Virus record (IMG/VR): IMGVR_UViG_3300010938_000011
Source of the DNA: an uncultured virus (IMG/VR IMGVR_UViG_3300010938_000011)
Lineage: Duplodnaviria; Heunggongvirae; Uroviricota; Caudoviricetes
Length of the DNA: 64,000 nt
Strand: one strand, 5' to 3'
The notes under the pieces were generated by a model that was not told the origin of the DNA, did no database searches, and was given only the letters and a program-made list of their open reading frames with translations. Position 1 is the stretch's first letter, and each line of letters begins with the position of its first letter. Of the stretch, positions 28,712 to 38,764 are shown one piece after another. Position numbers and translations under genes: made by a program.

Positions 28712-30028
28712 ATGAGTAGTATTTTATTAAGTCCTGGTAATCCTACTATATTTTTTAGATTTAAGCAAAAGGCTTATTCTGATGAGTTCGGTTCAGTTTT
28801 AAATAGGACTATACCTTATGGATTAAGGTATGGAGGAGAAATTACCATAACTGCTAGTACTATTAGTATCAATCCTTTTATAGCCATAGTACCTTCTGAA
28901 ACAGATCCTAATGGCTTAAGCTCTAGGTCAGAATATTTCGCTATAATAAAAATTGAAGATCCTATATTTATTACATCTGATGTATTAAGTGTAACTCCTC
29001 AAAATGGAGATATAGCTTATGTATATTTACAGTATGTTTATTCTAAAGATATAATTACCTCTACAGGATATTTTTTACATGTTTCAGATTTACCTCCTTC
29101 TCTTCCTAATACTGTAATTTTAGCTAAAATTAAAAAATCTGAAAGAGCCACATCCTCAGTTTTTGATTATGATAAAATATATGTAGTAGATTATTCTGAA
29201 ACCACTTATTCATTCATATATGAGCATTATAATTCAAACTATTCTTTTACAGTTATTTATAAAGTATTTCAAGAATTAGATACTATAGATCTAAATTCTA
29301 ATAGATTTTTAGTAAATAAAGGACAAGTTCTTACCTCTAAAGTTCATGGTAATTTTGTAGATATAACAGATCCTGAAATATTAGATAAATTTAATAATTT
29401 TTATGAGCCAATACCTGAAGGTATAGCTATTTGTGCTGGACAGACCTTAATAACAGTTAATTCTTTACACTATTGGTTATCTTATGTTTATGATAATTTT
29501 ACTGATCTGAATACTTATATAACTAATTCTATAAATACTAATCATTCTACTTCTTATTCTCAAGTCCTTAGTTTAAATACTATACACAATACTTATGGCT
29601 CTTTAGAATTTTTTTGTAAAGCTTGTACTACATATCCTTCAGATCCTTATTATATAAATAACACCCTTAATATTCAAGATCCATTTAATAATAATTTAAA
29701 ATTTTTAGAAGTATTTTTAGATACTAATTTTTCTAGTACAGCCACTTTTAATGAAAAAAGAGAGGCCTTAGGCTCTATTTTTTCATTATTCTTTTTTGAT
29801 AGTAGTATCCTTTATATTAAAAACATATACAATAACTTTTCATTTTTCATAAATGCTGAAAATACTAATTTTTCTTATACTTTAAAAAAGCCTATAGTTT
29901 TACCTAATTATTTGTATAAAATAGAATTTGAGTCTTATGAGTACCATGTGCTAGATCCTAATAGTAATAATGGTGTTTCAGTAAGACGTTCATTTAGAAT
30001 TAATAAAGCTCCTTGCTTTATACTATAA
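28712..30028 (+). CDS. putative baseplate / tail structural protein
   Basis: Beta-rich; IPYGLRYGG N-terminal pattern; TACTAT 28693. Confidence 0.5.
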   Translation: MSSILLSPGNPTIFFRFKQKAYSDEFGSVLNRTIPYGLRYGGEITITASTISINPFIAIVPSETDPNGLSSRSEYFAIIKIEDPIFITSDVLSVTPQNGDIAYVYLQYVYSKDIITSTGYFLHVSDLPPSLPNTVILAKIKKSERATSSVFDYDKIYVVDYSETTYSFIYEHYNSNYSFTVIYKVFQELDTIDLNSNRFLVNKGQVLTSKVHGNFVDITDPEILDKFNNFYEPIPEGIAICAGQTLITVNSLHYWLSYVYDNFTDLNTYITNSINTNHSTSYSQVLSLNTIHNTYGSLEFFCKACTTYPSDPYYINNTLNIQDPFNNNLKFLEVFLDTNFSSTATFNEKREALGSIFSLFFFDSSILYIKNIYNNFSFFINAENTNFSYTLKKPIVLPNYLYKIEFESYEYHVLDPNSNNGVSVRRSFRINKAPCFIL

Positions 30029-30036
30029 TAATTATT

Positions 30037-31947
30037 ATGTTACGATTTAATAAATCTACTTCTAAGAATTTTGTTCATAAAAATAATATTCAAAATTCTA
30101 TTGGTAACGTTTCTAAGAATGTAGTAATTAATCCTAATTTTAAAGTATTTGTAGAACATTTAGAAAATTCTAACTTTAAAAGTGAAGTTACTAGATATAA
30201 AGTACAATATATAGTACATGACAATACATTATATTTTTATCCTAGGAAAGGACCAGTTGTACAAGAACCAAATGGTAGCTACTCTATTGTTAGTAGTTAT
30301 GCTTTAGACCATAATTTTGAAGATGTCCTAAGATTTATTTCAAAAAAATTAGCTATTCTTTTTAGATTACATACAGTTTTTAAATATGATAGAAATGTTT
30401 CTAAACCTGAAGATATTATAGAAGCAATTTTAAAACGTAAGTCGGCTTCAGACCAAATTACTTATTCAATTTTTGCTATATGTTCTTTTATTTTTTCTTA
30501 TTTACTTTCTGTAAAATCTATAAAAGAAGCCTTAAGTGATATTTCTACTCTTTTGCTTAGAGGAAATTCTTCTTTAGTAAATAATTATATACATTATATT
30601 TTAACTGGAAATACCTCTAATCTTAATAATGTTCCTTATTCTCTCTATATTTTAAGGGCTGCTTTATTAGAAAATTTTGAAGAAGATTCTAATTTTGTTC
30701 AAATTTTTGAAGCTAAATTACAAAATAGAGTGCCAAGCTTTTCTAGTTTAAGAAGTTATTTTGATACAGTAAAAAGTGCTACTAATGTACAAGAATTTAT
30801 TATTAAATTAATGGACTTTTTCTCAAGAGCTTTTACTAAATTTGAAGTTACAGCTCCAAAAGATTATGTAGAAAAAATAAAATCAAAAGAAGATGTAGGA
30901 AAAAAATTAGAAAGTCATGCTTTAGGTTTTCTTTTAAGTCATTTTTCAGATGATGTTCTTAAATCCTACTCTATAGACTACTATTATAAATTAGCTAGAA
31001 TAGCTTCTTTAGCTAATGTTAATTTAATAGAATTATTCTTTAGTTCTATTCATAAGATTTTTGATTTTTATAAAGAAAATGAAAATCTAATTGATATGTT
31101 CATAATTAAATCTATTCCTAATAATAATTTTGCTAATGTTCCTAAATTTAATATATATAGTCCTGAAAAAGCTTTAAAAACATACTTAAAAAGCTTAAAT
31201 TTAAATTCAAACTCTAAAGCTACTAGTAATTATAAAATAAGTATAAATAATAATGTTTTAGAAATATATGACAACTATGGTACTATACTATATAAAAAAA
31301 TAAATTTAGATGAAATGACTTCTCTTTCTTTTATAGAAAAGCTACAAAGATTTATATTAAAGTCTACTAGATTCTCTAATGAATTTTTAAAAGAACAAAT
31401 TACTCTTTCTCCTAAAACTAAAGTGCAAAAAGTTTCTGAATATATGGTTAAGCTTAGTGATTTAATAATGGATTGTTTTTCTGCTATGAGTTTAAATATT
31501 ACTACTTTTCTATCAGTTAGTATTGATCTAAATTACGAACTATACAAAAAACATATGAGCAATGAAAATTTATTTATAGGTCCATTCAGACCTTCAGAAT
31601 ATAGACTTTCTTATACAAACCTAGCTTCAGTAGCTAAGGAAAATCATATTTCTAAATCTCCTTTGGCTCTTAAACTTTACTATTATTTGTATTACCTTTT
31701 ATTATACAATATATTAGGTAATCCTGAACTTATTAAGGTTATGAAAAATCCTAAAATTTTTGAAAAAATTTCTCAAAGTGAGTCTTCTGAAGGTTCAGAT
31801 ACTAATGCTAGTACAATAGGAGGAACGCCTAAAGGAGATGATAAATTAAAACTAAAAAGATCTACTATTATTGATATCGACTTTTTAAAAAGTTTACAAG
31901 ATAAAAGTGAAGACGAACTTATTAGATTATTAGAGGAGGATGAATAA
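30037..31947 (+). CDS. hypothetical protein, probably virion-associated
   Basis: ORF track 30013 (TTG); ATG 30037 lies 10 nt after TACTAT 30021. Confidence 0.7.
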   Translation: MLRFNKSTSKNFVHKNNIQNSIGNVSKNVVINPNFKVFVEHLENSNFKSEVTRYKVQYIVHDNTLYFYPRKGPVVQEPNGSYSIVSSYALDHNFEDVLRFISKKLAILFRLHTVFKYDRNVSKPEDIIEAILKRKSASDQITYSIFAICSFIFSYLLSVKSIKEALSDISTLLLRGNSSLVNNYIHYILTGNTSNLNNVPYSLYILRAALLENFEEDSNFVQIFEAKLQNRVPSFSSLRSYFDTVKSATNVQEFIIKLMDFFSRAFTKFEVTAPKDYVEKIKSKEDVGKKLESHALGFLLSHFSDDVLKSYSIDYYYKLARIASLANVNLIELFFSSIHKIFDFYKENENLIDMFIIKSIPNNNFANVPKFNIYSPEKALKTYLKSLNLNSNSKATSNYKISINNNVLEIYDNYGTILYKKINLDEMTSLSFIEKLQRFILKSTRFSNEFLKEQITLSPKTKVQKVSEYMVKLSDLIMDCFSAMSLNITTFLSVSIDLNYELYKKHMSNENLFIGPFRPSEYRLSYTNLASVAKENHISKSPLALKLYYYLYYLLLYNILGNPELIKVMKNPKIFEKISQSESSEGSDTNASTIGGTPKGDDKLKLKRSTIIDIDFLKSLQDKSEDELIRLLEEDE

Positions 31948-32818
31948 TATGAAAAGTAATTTTCGAAAAGACACTCTACAATATTTAAAAGAAGCAGATT
32001 CCTTCCTTAAGAAATTTCTTAAGGAGGAATATGATGAGTTTGATTATTCAGAAGAAATGGATACTGAAGAGGATAGAATTCCTTTGGAAGGTTATGAAGA
32101 AGATTACATAGATACTGATTATGAAGATGAAGAATACTATGAAGATACTGAATCTCTAGATGAAATAGAAGATGAATTAGAAAGTATAGATTATGATGAA
32201 GATTTAGATGAATATTCTGATGATTATGAATATGTAACAGAAGCTAAAAAATCTTCTAATGATGAAAAAGATAAAGAAAAAGAATTAGATGAGATGGATG
32301 ATGAAGAACTTTCTTCTTTAAAAAAGAAAAAGAAGGAAAAAGCTAAAGAAGAAATGGATGAAGAGTCTCTTTCTTTAGAAGATTTATTTAGTGCAGATGA
32401 AGATAAAGAATCTGATGAAGAAGAAGAAGATAAAGAGTCTGACGAAGAGGATGAAGAAGATGAAGGAGAAGACGAAGAATCAGATGAGGAAGGTTCTGAA
32501 GAAGAATCAGATGAAGAAGATGAAGAAGAAGAAGACAAAGAATCCGATGAGGAAGGTTCTGCTTTAGGTGATTTAGATAAATTATTTTCTTCTGAAGAAG
32601 ATGAGGTAGAAGAAAAAGATTCTGAATCTGCAGAGTTAGATGAATTATTAAATCCTTCTACTGATAATGTAGAAGTAAAATCTAAGAAAAAGAAAAAGAA
32701 AAAAGATAAAGCTTTAAAGGAATCTAAAGAATTTGACTTAGATAGCTTTGTTCCTGATGATTTTACAGTATTTGATATATCTACTAAGATGCACTCAAAA
32801 AAAAAGCTTTTAAGGTAA
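31940..32818 (+). CDS. highly acidic low-complexity protein, putative prohead core protein
   Basis: D/E-rich with poly-K patches and LxE sites; start may be ATG 31949 (9 nt after GAGGAGG); probable -1 extension to 33030. Confidence 0.7.
   Translation: MNNMKSNFRKDTLQYLKEADSFLKKFLKEEYDEFDYSEEMDTEEDRIPLEGYEEDYIDTDYEDEEYYEDTESLDEIEDELESIDYDEDLDEYSDDYEYVTEAKKSSNDEKDKEKELDEMDDEELSSLKKKKKEKAKEEMDEESLSLEDLFSADEDKESDEEEEDKESDEEDEEDEGEDEESDEEGSEEESDEEDEEEEDKESDEEGSALGDLDKLFSSEEDEVEEKDSESAELDELLNPSTDNVEVKSKKKKKKKDKALKESKEFDLDSFVPDDFTVFDISTKMHSKKKLLR
32398..32560 (+). repeat. degenerate coding tandem repeats (D/E-K/E-E-S-D-E-E units)
   Basis: GAATC(T/A/C)GATGA(A/G)GAA recurs several times. Confidence 0.7.
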
Positions 32819-33030
32819 AAAGAAAATCTAAAGGACGTAAAATACTTAAAGAACAAGGTGCTTTTGGAGAACCATATTTATTTGGACATTTAGAAGGGCC
32901 TATTACTAAATATTTACCTGATTTAGGCAATTTAAATTTGGATGATGAGAAGATAAAATCTTTTATTCAAAGATATGCTAATTTAAGTTTTGAAAAAGGA
33001 TATTTTTTAGATCCTAATAAATTATTATAA
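32788..33030 (+). other. 80-codon startless -1 frame, reachable via A9 / A_AAA_AAG at 32797-32806
   Basis: Reads DALKKKAFKVKRKSKGRKILKEQGAFGEPYLFGHLEGPITKYLPDLGNLNLDDEKIKSFIQRYANLSFEKGYFLDPNKLL*; no ATG; fills the apparent gap. Confidence 0.75.
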
Positions 33031-33060
33031 AAGTTTCAGTTGCAAGGTAAGGTAATCTAT
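33031..33060 (+). repeat. 30-bp exact dispersed repeat, copy 2 (intergenic)
   Basis: Identical to 66-95; TTGCAA within it lies 16 nt before TATGAT (33062). Confidence 0.95.
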
Positions 33061-33076
33061 TTATGATGGAATAAAA

Positions 33077-34075
33077 ATGAAAAGTTATAGCATTTCCTAC
33101 TATCAAGATTTTGATAAAAATCCAAAAATCTTTAAGCAAGTTCTTAGGAAAGTCTTATTTTGGATTGGAGAAAAAGTTTTCTATAGAAATAAGGAATTTA
33201 ATAAAAAAATTTTTATAGCAGATTTTGATTCTTCTTCAGATTATGCTATTCAAAGAGCTACAGAATTTTTAGAACAAAATAAAGAGCTCTTACCATTTAT
33301 GGTATATAACATACAGGAAACTACTTTAGATGAAGAAACTCAAGGCTTAATGAATAAGTCTAAGTCTTTTGGAATCTTTTCTGAAGTTCTTTCTAGATAT
33401 GTATATTGTTGGCCTGAAATCTCTACTATAAGAATAGCTTTTTTCTTTGCTACTCCTGATGATTTTTATTCTTGTTTACAATTTTTTAATTTATTTAAGT
33501 TTACTGTAATAAGAGTTAGAGTTCCTTATACTTTTGGAATTTTAGCAGGAGAGCATTATAATAATTTAAACTTAATTTATAAAATAGATTTACCAGCTAC
33601 TTTAAATTTTCAGTCTGTAGAAAAAGGAACCTATGCTTTTAATTTTAGAGAATACTTAACTAAAAGTAAAATTTTTGATTTAGTAATTACTTTACAAATT
33701 AAATACTTAAATTACTTATTTTCAGATGTATTTATAGGAAGTCCTATAGAAGATATTTATTTAAGATTTGAAAACAAAAAGTCTCTAATTTTAGAGGATG
33801 CTATAAATTTTAGTGTACAATCTACTACATTATTAGAAAATGAATTTGTGATAAATTTTTCTCATCCAGTAGATTTTAAGACTTTTGAGTATTCAATAGA
33901 AGGAAAATTTACAGGAATAACTACTTGGAATACTAATTATACTTCTTTAAGATTTGAGGGTACTTTTGAAAAAGGAACTAGATTATTAATACCTAAATGG
34001 AATAGAGCTTTAGTGTCTACAATTTTTAATAATAACATTTATCAATTAGATAAGGATTATATTTATGATTTTTGA
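33077..34075 (+). CDS. putative neck / tail terminator protein
   Basis: LPFMVY motif and position in the structural module. Confidence 0.4.
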   Translation: MKSYSISYYQDFDKNPKIFKQVLRKVLFWIGEKVFYRNKEFNKKIFIADFDSSSDYAIQRATEFLEQNKELLPFMVYNIQETTLDEETQGLMNKSKSFGIFSEVLSRYVYCWPEISTIRIAFFFATPDDFYSCLQFFNLFKFTVIRVRVPYTFGILAGEHYNNLNLIYKIDLPATLNFQSVEKGTYAFNFREYLTKSKIFDLVITLQIKYLNYLFSDVFIGSPIEDIYLRFENKKSLILEDAINFSVQSTTLLENEFVINFSHPVDFKTFEYSIEGKFTGITTWNTNYTSLRFEGTFEKGTRLLIPKWNRALVSTIFNNNIYQLDKDYIYDF

Positions 34076-34586
34076 TAGATGGTCTAAACAATATGCTTCT
34101 ATAGTTAGAAATTTAACTAAACCTTATTTTAATCTTATAGGAACTACAATTAACCATTTAGTCATAGTCAAAAAACCTGCTGATTTAGATGAAATTGTTA
34201 ATCCTGATACTAATATAGATGTTTTTGGTTTTTATGAATCTGTATTAGAAACTGAATTTTATAAGTCTTTTAAATTTAAAAATCTTTATATAAAGTATCC
34301 TCAAGAATTTTTTATAGAAGGAAAGATACCTTCTGAGATGGAAATGGAGGAAATACAAATCTTTTTAGATATGGATAAAGATTTTCCATTAAAAATAGGA
34401 GACTTTATAGTAGATATAAAGGAAGATGAACATGGAGTAAAGAAACCTATAGTATTAGAAATTACTTTAATAAAATCTAATTTTATAGGTAAATACTTAA
34501 TGAGAAAAATAGCTAATGCTGATAGGATTTTTAAATATCCTAAAGAATTAGACTTACATATAAATAAGTTATTAGAAACATTATGA
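34065..34586 (+). CDS. putative head-closure / neck protein
   Basis: D-FG motif and PLKIGDFI beta-barrel pattern; synteny. Confidence 0.4.
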   Translation: MIFDRWSKQYASIVRNLTKPYFNLIGTTINHLVIVKKPADLDEIVNPDTNIDVFGFYESVLETEFYKSFKFKNLYIKYPQEFFIEGKIPSEMEMEEIQIFLDMDKDFPLKIGDFIVDIKEDEHGVKKPIVLEITLIKSNFIGKYLMRKIANADRIFKYPKELDLHINKLLETL

Positions 34587-35848
34587 AATCAGATAGCCAA
34601 GCTCAAATACCTTTTAGAATAACTTCTCCTAATAATTATATTAAAATAGAGAACTATCCTGGTTTCATGATAACAATTTCTGATTCAATTTTAGGAAAAT
34701 CTATATTTCCTACTTTTAAGTTTTCTTTTTTAGATGAAGAAGGAATATTTGTAGAGCTTAATAATTTTTATATTGGTCTTCCTGTTACTTTAGAAGTAGA
34801 ATTTAGCTCAGTTGTAGATTTAATTAATAAACCTATTGTAAAACAATTATTAGATTTATCTGCTGATTTAATTGTAGAATCTAATAAAATATCTCAAACT
34901 AAAGAAGTAAAAGGTTCTATAGCTAATTATAGAAATGTATTTCTTACTTATAAAACTAAATATTCTAATTTTGATTTAGCTAAACCATCCTTACCTAATC
35001 CTACTTCAGCTACTGGATATTCTAAAAAAAATTTATTATCTTTTTTTAAAGAAATAGCTGATAAATATTTACCTTCTTCTACTAACAAATTAATTATAGA
35101 TCCAAAATTAGCTAGTAAATTTGGAATTTTTAATAAGCTTAATAGATTAGATTTTGATTATATAAAAGATCTTTGTAAGCGTATTACAGATGAATCTGAT
35201 TTTTATGTAGTTTTTATGAATTATAGAGGAGATATTTATATTGGATCTCTATCTTTTTTAATACAAACTAATTCTATTACTAAGAAAACTTTAGTACAAG
35301 CTACTGGAATGCATGAAACTAAAGATGTTTATCAATCTTTAGCTTTAAAATCTGATAGAGATTTTTTTAGTATAATAAATATGATTTTTAAAATAAAATC
35401 TTCTTTAGAAAAACATTCTATTAAAAAAACTTTTTCTTCTATGTATACTTTTCCTAGTAGTCCTAATAAGAGTTTTGATACTCCTTATATAGGTGTTTAT
35501 TTTGAAGATTTTACTAAATTTTTAATTAATTCTTCTTTATATGATTTTCTTCCTGAAAATCTTATAGATGTTTTATGGAAACAAAATACAGTAGGATTAT
35601 TTATGCCTTTAAATCCATATATAAAAGCTGGAGATGTTATTACTTTAGAAGTTCCTAAAAAAGATAGATTTAGAGAAACTCCTCTTAAAAAGAATTCAGT
35701 TATTTCAGGAGATTACTTAGTATTGGAATCTCATCATACTTTAGATTATAATTTATCTATGCCTTCTTCTCATACTAGTTTAATTTTGACTAGAACTAGT
35801 AACTATAATACTATAAAAGATAAATTAATAAAAGTTAATTTGGTGTGA
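34583..35848 (+). CDS. putative baseplate hub protein (gp27-like)
   Basis: C-terminal PLNPYIKAGDVITL...SGDYLVLESHH...TSLIL hub signature. Confidence 0.65.
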   Translation: MKSDSQAQIPFRITSPNNYIKIENYPGFMITISDSILGKSIFPTFKFSFLDEEGIFVELNNFYIGLPVTLEVEFSSVVDLINKPIVKQLLDLSADLIVESNKISQTKEVKGSIANYRNVFLTYKTKYSNFDLAKPSLPNPTSATGYSKKNLLSFFKEIADKYLPSSTNKLIIDPKLASKFGIFNKLNRLDFDYIKDLCKRITDESDFYVVFMNYRGDIYIGSLSFLIQTNSITKKTLVQATGMHETKDVYQSLALKSDRDFFSIINMIFKIKSSLEKHSIKKTFSSMYTFPSSPNKSFDTPYIGVYFEDFTKFLINSSLYDFLPENLIDVLWKQNTVGLFMPLNPYIKAGDVITLEVPKKDRFRETPLKKNSVISGDYLVLESHHTLDYNLSMPSSHTSLILTRTSNYNTIKDKLIKVNLV

Positions 35849-35849
35849 T

Positions 35850-38003
35850 ATGGACTTTTTTAAATTTTTTAATAATTTTAAAAAAAAGGAAGTAAAAGAT
35901 TCATCAACAGATGAAGTAGTTTTCTTAAAGAGGAAATTAGAAACTATAAGAGCTTTATTAGCTCAATATAATTTAGATTTAGATCCTGATACTTTACAAA
36001 TCAGGCCTTTAGGAAGTCTTACTCCTACAACCTTTAGAGCTTCTGAAAAACTTTCTAGTGCTTATTATCCTTCTATAGATGAGCTTTTTGATATTTGGAA
36101 AAATTACAAAAGAGATGATAGTTTAAACTTTTCTTTAGTAGTAGAAGATATGGATAAACTCTATTATGAGTCTCCTATCTTCTCTAGAGCTATGAACTTT
36201 ATAGCTGATGAAATCTTACAGACTAATTATAAAGAAGAAACAATTGAAATAAAAGCTAAAACTAAAGAATTAGAAGATGAAATTAAAAAATTATTTAAAA
36301 GAATAAAAATAGAAGAAGTTTTAAGAACTATAGCTTTAGATTTAGTACGATATGGTAATGCTGTATTTATTATATTAACTGATAATGAAGGTATTTCAGG
36401 ACTTTCTCCTATAAATCCTTCTGACTTAAGAGATATATATTGCTTTAAACCTTATGAAGTTAGTACTTACTTAAAAAATCCTTATAATTCTAATATAATA
36501 AATCAAACTTTAAATGATGAAAAATTTCATATTCTTTCTGAAATAATTTTAGAAGATTTAGATGATTACTATTCAGCTTATTTTAAAAAATATTTATTTG
36601 GATATAGAATAGGAGAAGATTTTTTAGTACCTCCTTGGAGAATTTTACATATTAGAAATTATTATTCTTCTTCTCCTTTTGGAGAATATGGAATTCCTTT
36701 ATTCATACATGCCGTAGCTCCATATAAACAGTATGATATGGCTATCTCTTTACAAATGGCTGCTAGAAAAGCTAGATTACCTTTATTAAAATATAAGCTA
36801 AAGTTTCAAGGTAATCTCTCTCCTACTGAAAAACAAGAAAGAGCTTTAGAATTTTTAAGAGATTTAGAGAATTCAGGATTAGCTGCTGTAAGAAGAGAAG
36901 GAATAGGTATAGGAGAAAGAGTAGTTACTATTGAAGACTTATACGATATAGAAGAAGAAGTTCCTAATTTAGATATTGGAAAAGTAGATGATTTGAATTT
37001 ATTATATGAAGATTTATACTTAGCTTCATTAGTTCCTAGAGGGTTTATAGATCCTAATAATCAAACTTTTGGTAATAGTGGAGTAGCTTTAAAACAACAA
37101 TTTATTCCTTTTGCTAGATTAATTTTAAGATTACAACTCTCAATTTTAGATGGATTAACTTCTTTAGTAAAAAATCATTTAATATTAAAAGGATATCCTG
37201 AAGAATCTTTAGATGATTTTATTTTATCTTTACCATTTCCTGAAACTCAATACTCTCAAGAATTGATTTCTTCTAATGAATCAGCATTATCTTTAGCTAA
37301 TAATATTTTAGATTCTATATCTCAAAAATTAGGAATACAAGGTCCTTTACCACCTGAACTAGTATTTACTGTTTATAAAACTTTTTTACCAATAGAAAGC
37401 CAAAAGCTAAATAATTGGTTTTTAAAATATTTAGATGTAATAGAAAGAACTAAAGTAGAACAATACGCTCAAACAAAAGGCCAAGCGACACCTGGAGCAC
37501 CTCAAAAAGGAGGTTTTGAAGGAGGCTTTGGAGGCGGATTTGGAGGAGGAGGTGATCTATTTGGTGGAGGTGGAGGACTAGGAGGTGGTCTAGGAGGAAT
37601 GGACTTAGAGGGTGGAGGAGGTGCTAAAGGAGGATTTGCTACTGAAACCGGAGGAGAAGCAGTTCCTACAGAAACTCCTGCTGCTGGAGGTGCTGAAGAA
37701 GCTGGAGGAGAAAATGTACTTACAGCTTCCTTAAAAATTTCTGCTTTAAAATATTTACCAAAATCTAAAGAAGATCTTAAATTGCTAAATGAAAATAAGG
37801 AAAAATTTTCTAATATTGATATAAAAAATTATTTACTAGAAAGTGATTTTAAATATTTTTATAATTCAAAAAGACTTTTTTATAAGTCTTATATAGAAGA
37901 AAAAGATAAAATACATTTTAGAATTCAAAAAGCTTTTGTAACTAAATTATTAAAGGAGTCAGAAAATGGAAAACCAAAAAATAATACTAATAAAAGAAAA
38001 TAA
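35850..38003 (+). CDS. portal protein (T4 gp20-like)
   Basis: SRAMNFIADE, DLVRYGN, PPWRILHIR, PFGEYG-P, L-LASLVP--F, FAR-I-RLQ; Gly-rich tail. Confidence 0.88.
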   Translation: MDFFKFFNNFKKKEVKDSSTDEVVFLKRKLETIRALLAQYNLDLDPDTLQIRPLGSLTPTTFRASEKLSSAYYPSIDELFDIWKNYKRDDSLNFSLVVEDMDKLYYESPIFSRAMNFIADEILQTNYKEETIEIKAKTKELEDEIKKLFKRIKIEEVLRTIALDLVRYGNAVFIILTDNEGISGLSPINPSDLRDIYCFKPYEVSTYLKNPYNSNIINQTLNDEKFHILSEIILEDLDDYYSAYFKKYLFGYRIGEDFLVPPWRILHIRNYYSSSPFGEYGIPLFIHAVAPYKQYDMAISLQMAARKARLPLLKYKLKFQGNLSPTEKQERALEFLRDLENSGLAAVRREGIGIGERVVTIEDLYDIEEEVPNLDIGKVDDLNLLYEDLYLASLVPRGFIDPNNQTFGNSGVALKQQFIPFARLILRLQLSILDGLTSLVKNHLILKGYPEESLDDFILSLPFPETQYSQELISSNESALSLANNILDSISQKLGIQGPLPPELVFTVYKTFLPIESQKLNNWFLKYLDVIERTKVEQYAQTKGQATPGAPQKGGFEGGFGGGFGGGGDLFGGGGGLGGGLGGMDLEGGGGAKGGFATETGGEAVPTETPAAGGAEEAGGENVLTASLKISALKYLPKSKEDLKLLNENKEKFSNIDIKNYLLESDFKYFYNSKRLFYKSYIEEKDKIHFRIQKAFVTKLLKESENGKPKNNTNKRK

Positions 38004-38118
38004 TCAAAGAGTAGAAATTACTAAAGAGGAATTAGAAAAGCTTAAGCAAGATAAGACTATTTTAATAGAAAAAAAAGATGAAAATACTTATGAAATTAAA
38101 AGGTTGATCTATGGCTAA
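37966..38118 (+). CDS. 50-aa hypothetical protein, not in track
   Basis: MENQKIILIKENNQRVEITKEELEKLKQDKTILIEKKDENTYEIKRLIYG*; AAGGAG SD; overlaps both neighbours. Confidence 0.7.
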   Translation: MENQKIILIKENNQRVEITKEELEKLKQDKTILIEKKDENTYEIKRLIYG

Positions 38119-38434
38119 AAAATATAATTTTAGATCTAATTTAGAAGATAGGCAGGTTTTTGAGCAAGTTTCCTTATTTTCAAAATTCAATTCTGAAGAA
38201 ATAAAAAATTTCTTTTTAGCTTATTCTTATTTTTTAAGATTCTTTTTAAAATATAATAAAGACCTTATTGAACTACCTATTCCTTATGTAGGAAAATTTG
38301 TTAAAAAGGAAGATGGTTCTTATTACTTAGAATTTAGAAAATCCTTTTTAAAAGAGATGGATGAAGATTTAGAAGAATCTTTATTAAATTTTGTTAAAAG
38401 TGAAGAATTTTTACTATTATTAGAAGATCAATGA
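38111..38434 (+). CDS. hypothetical protein, weak HU/IHF-like pattern
   Basis: Two helices then LPIPYVGKF. Confidence 0.5.
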   Translation: MAKKYNFRSNLEDRQVFEQVSLFSKFNSEEIKNFFLAYSYFLRFFLKYNKDLIELPIPYVGKFVKKEDGSYYLEFRKSFLKEMDEDLEESLLNFVKSEEFLLLLEDQ

Positions 38435-38757
38435 AGCCTAGTACTAAAAATAAGTTTATAATATTCTCTAGAATTTTTGATACAGATAAAGTTAAGTATA
38501 TATGGTATAATTCAGAAGAATATAATGTTTTATCTATTCCTGAATTTTTAGAATTTATTAAGGAAAATTTTCCTACTTTTACAAAATATCATATTCTGAA
38601 AAATTGTTTCGATAGCTATAAAATAGTTTTTTTAAATTCTAGAAATGAAATAAAAATTTTAGGAGATTATTTTTCTATAGGATCTACTGATAAAGAATTT
38701 TTAGAGCAAGATCCTTTATATAACGATCTATTTAATTCTATTAGGAATTACTATTAA
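38431..38757 (+). CDS. hypothetical protein
   Basis: ORF track; ATGA coupling; TACTAT 38412. Confidence 0.65.
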   Translation: MKPSTKNKFIIFSRIFDTDKVKYIWYNSEEYNVLSIPEFLEFIKENFPTFTKYHILKNCFDSYKIVFLNSRNEIKILGDYFSIGSTDKEFLEQDPLYNDLFNSIRNYY

Positions 38758-38764
38758 AAATATT

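Noticed and set aside
32224..32856. Minus-strand ORFs (this Ser-rich one; also 2857, 14375, 18276, 18988, 22099, 28045, 40028, 41617, 48222, 52499) and nested + ORF 41448
   Set aside because: Shadows of well-supported + strand genes; the Ser/Phe-rich product simply mirrors GAA/GAT/AAA repeats
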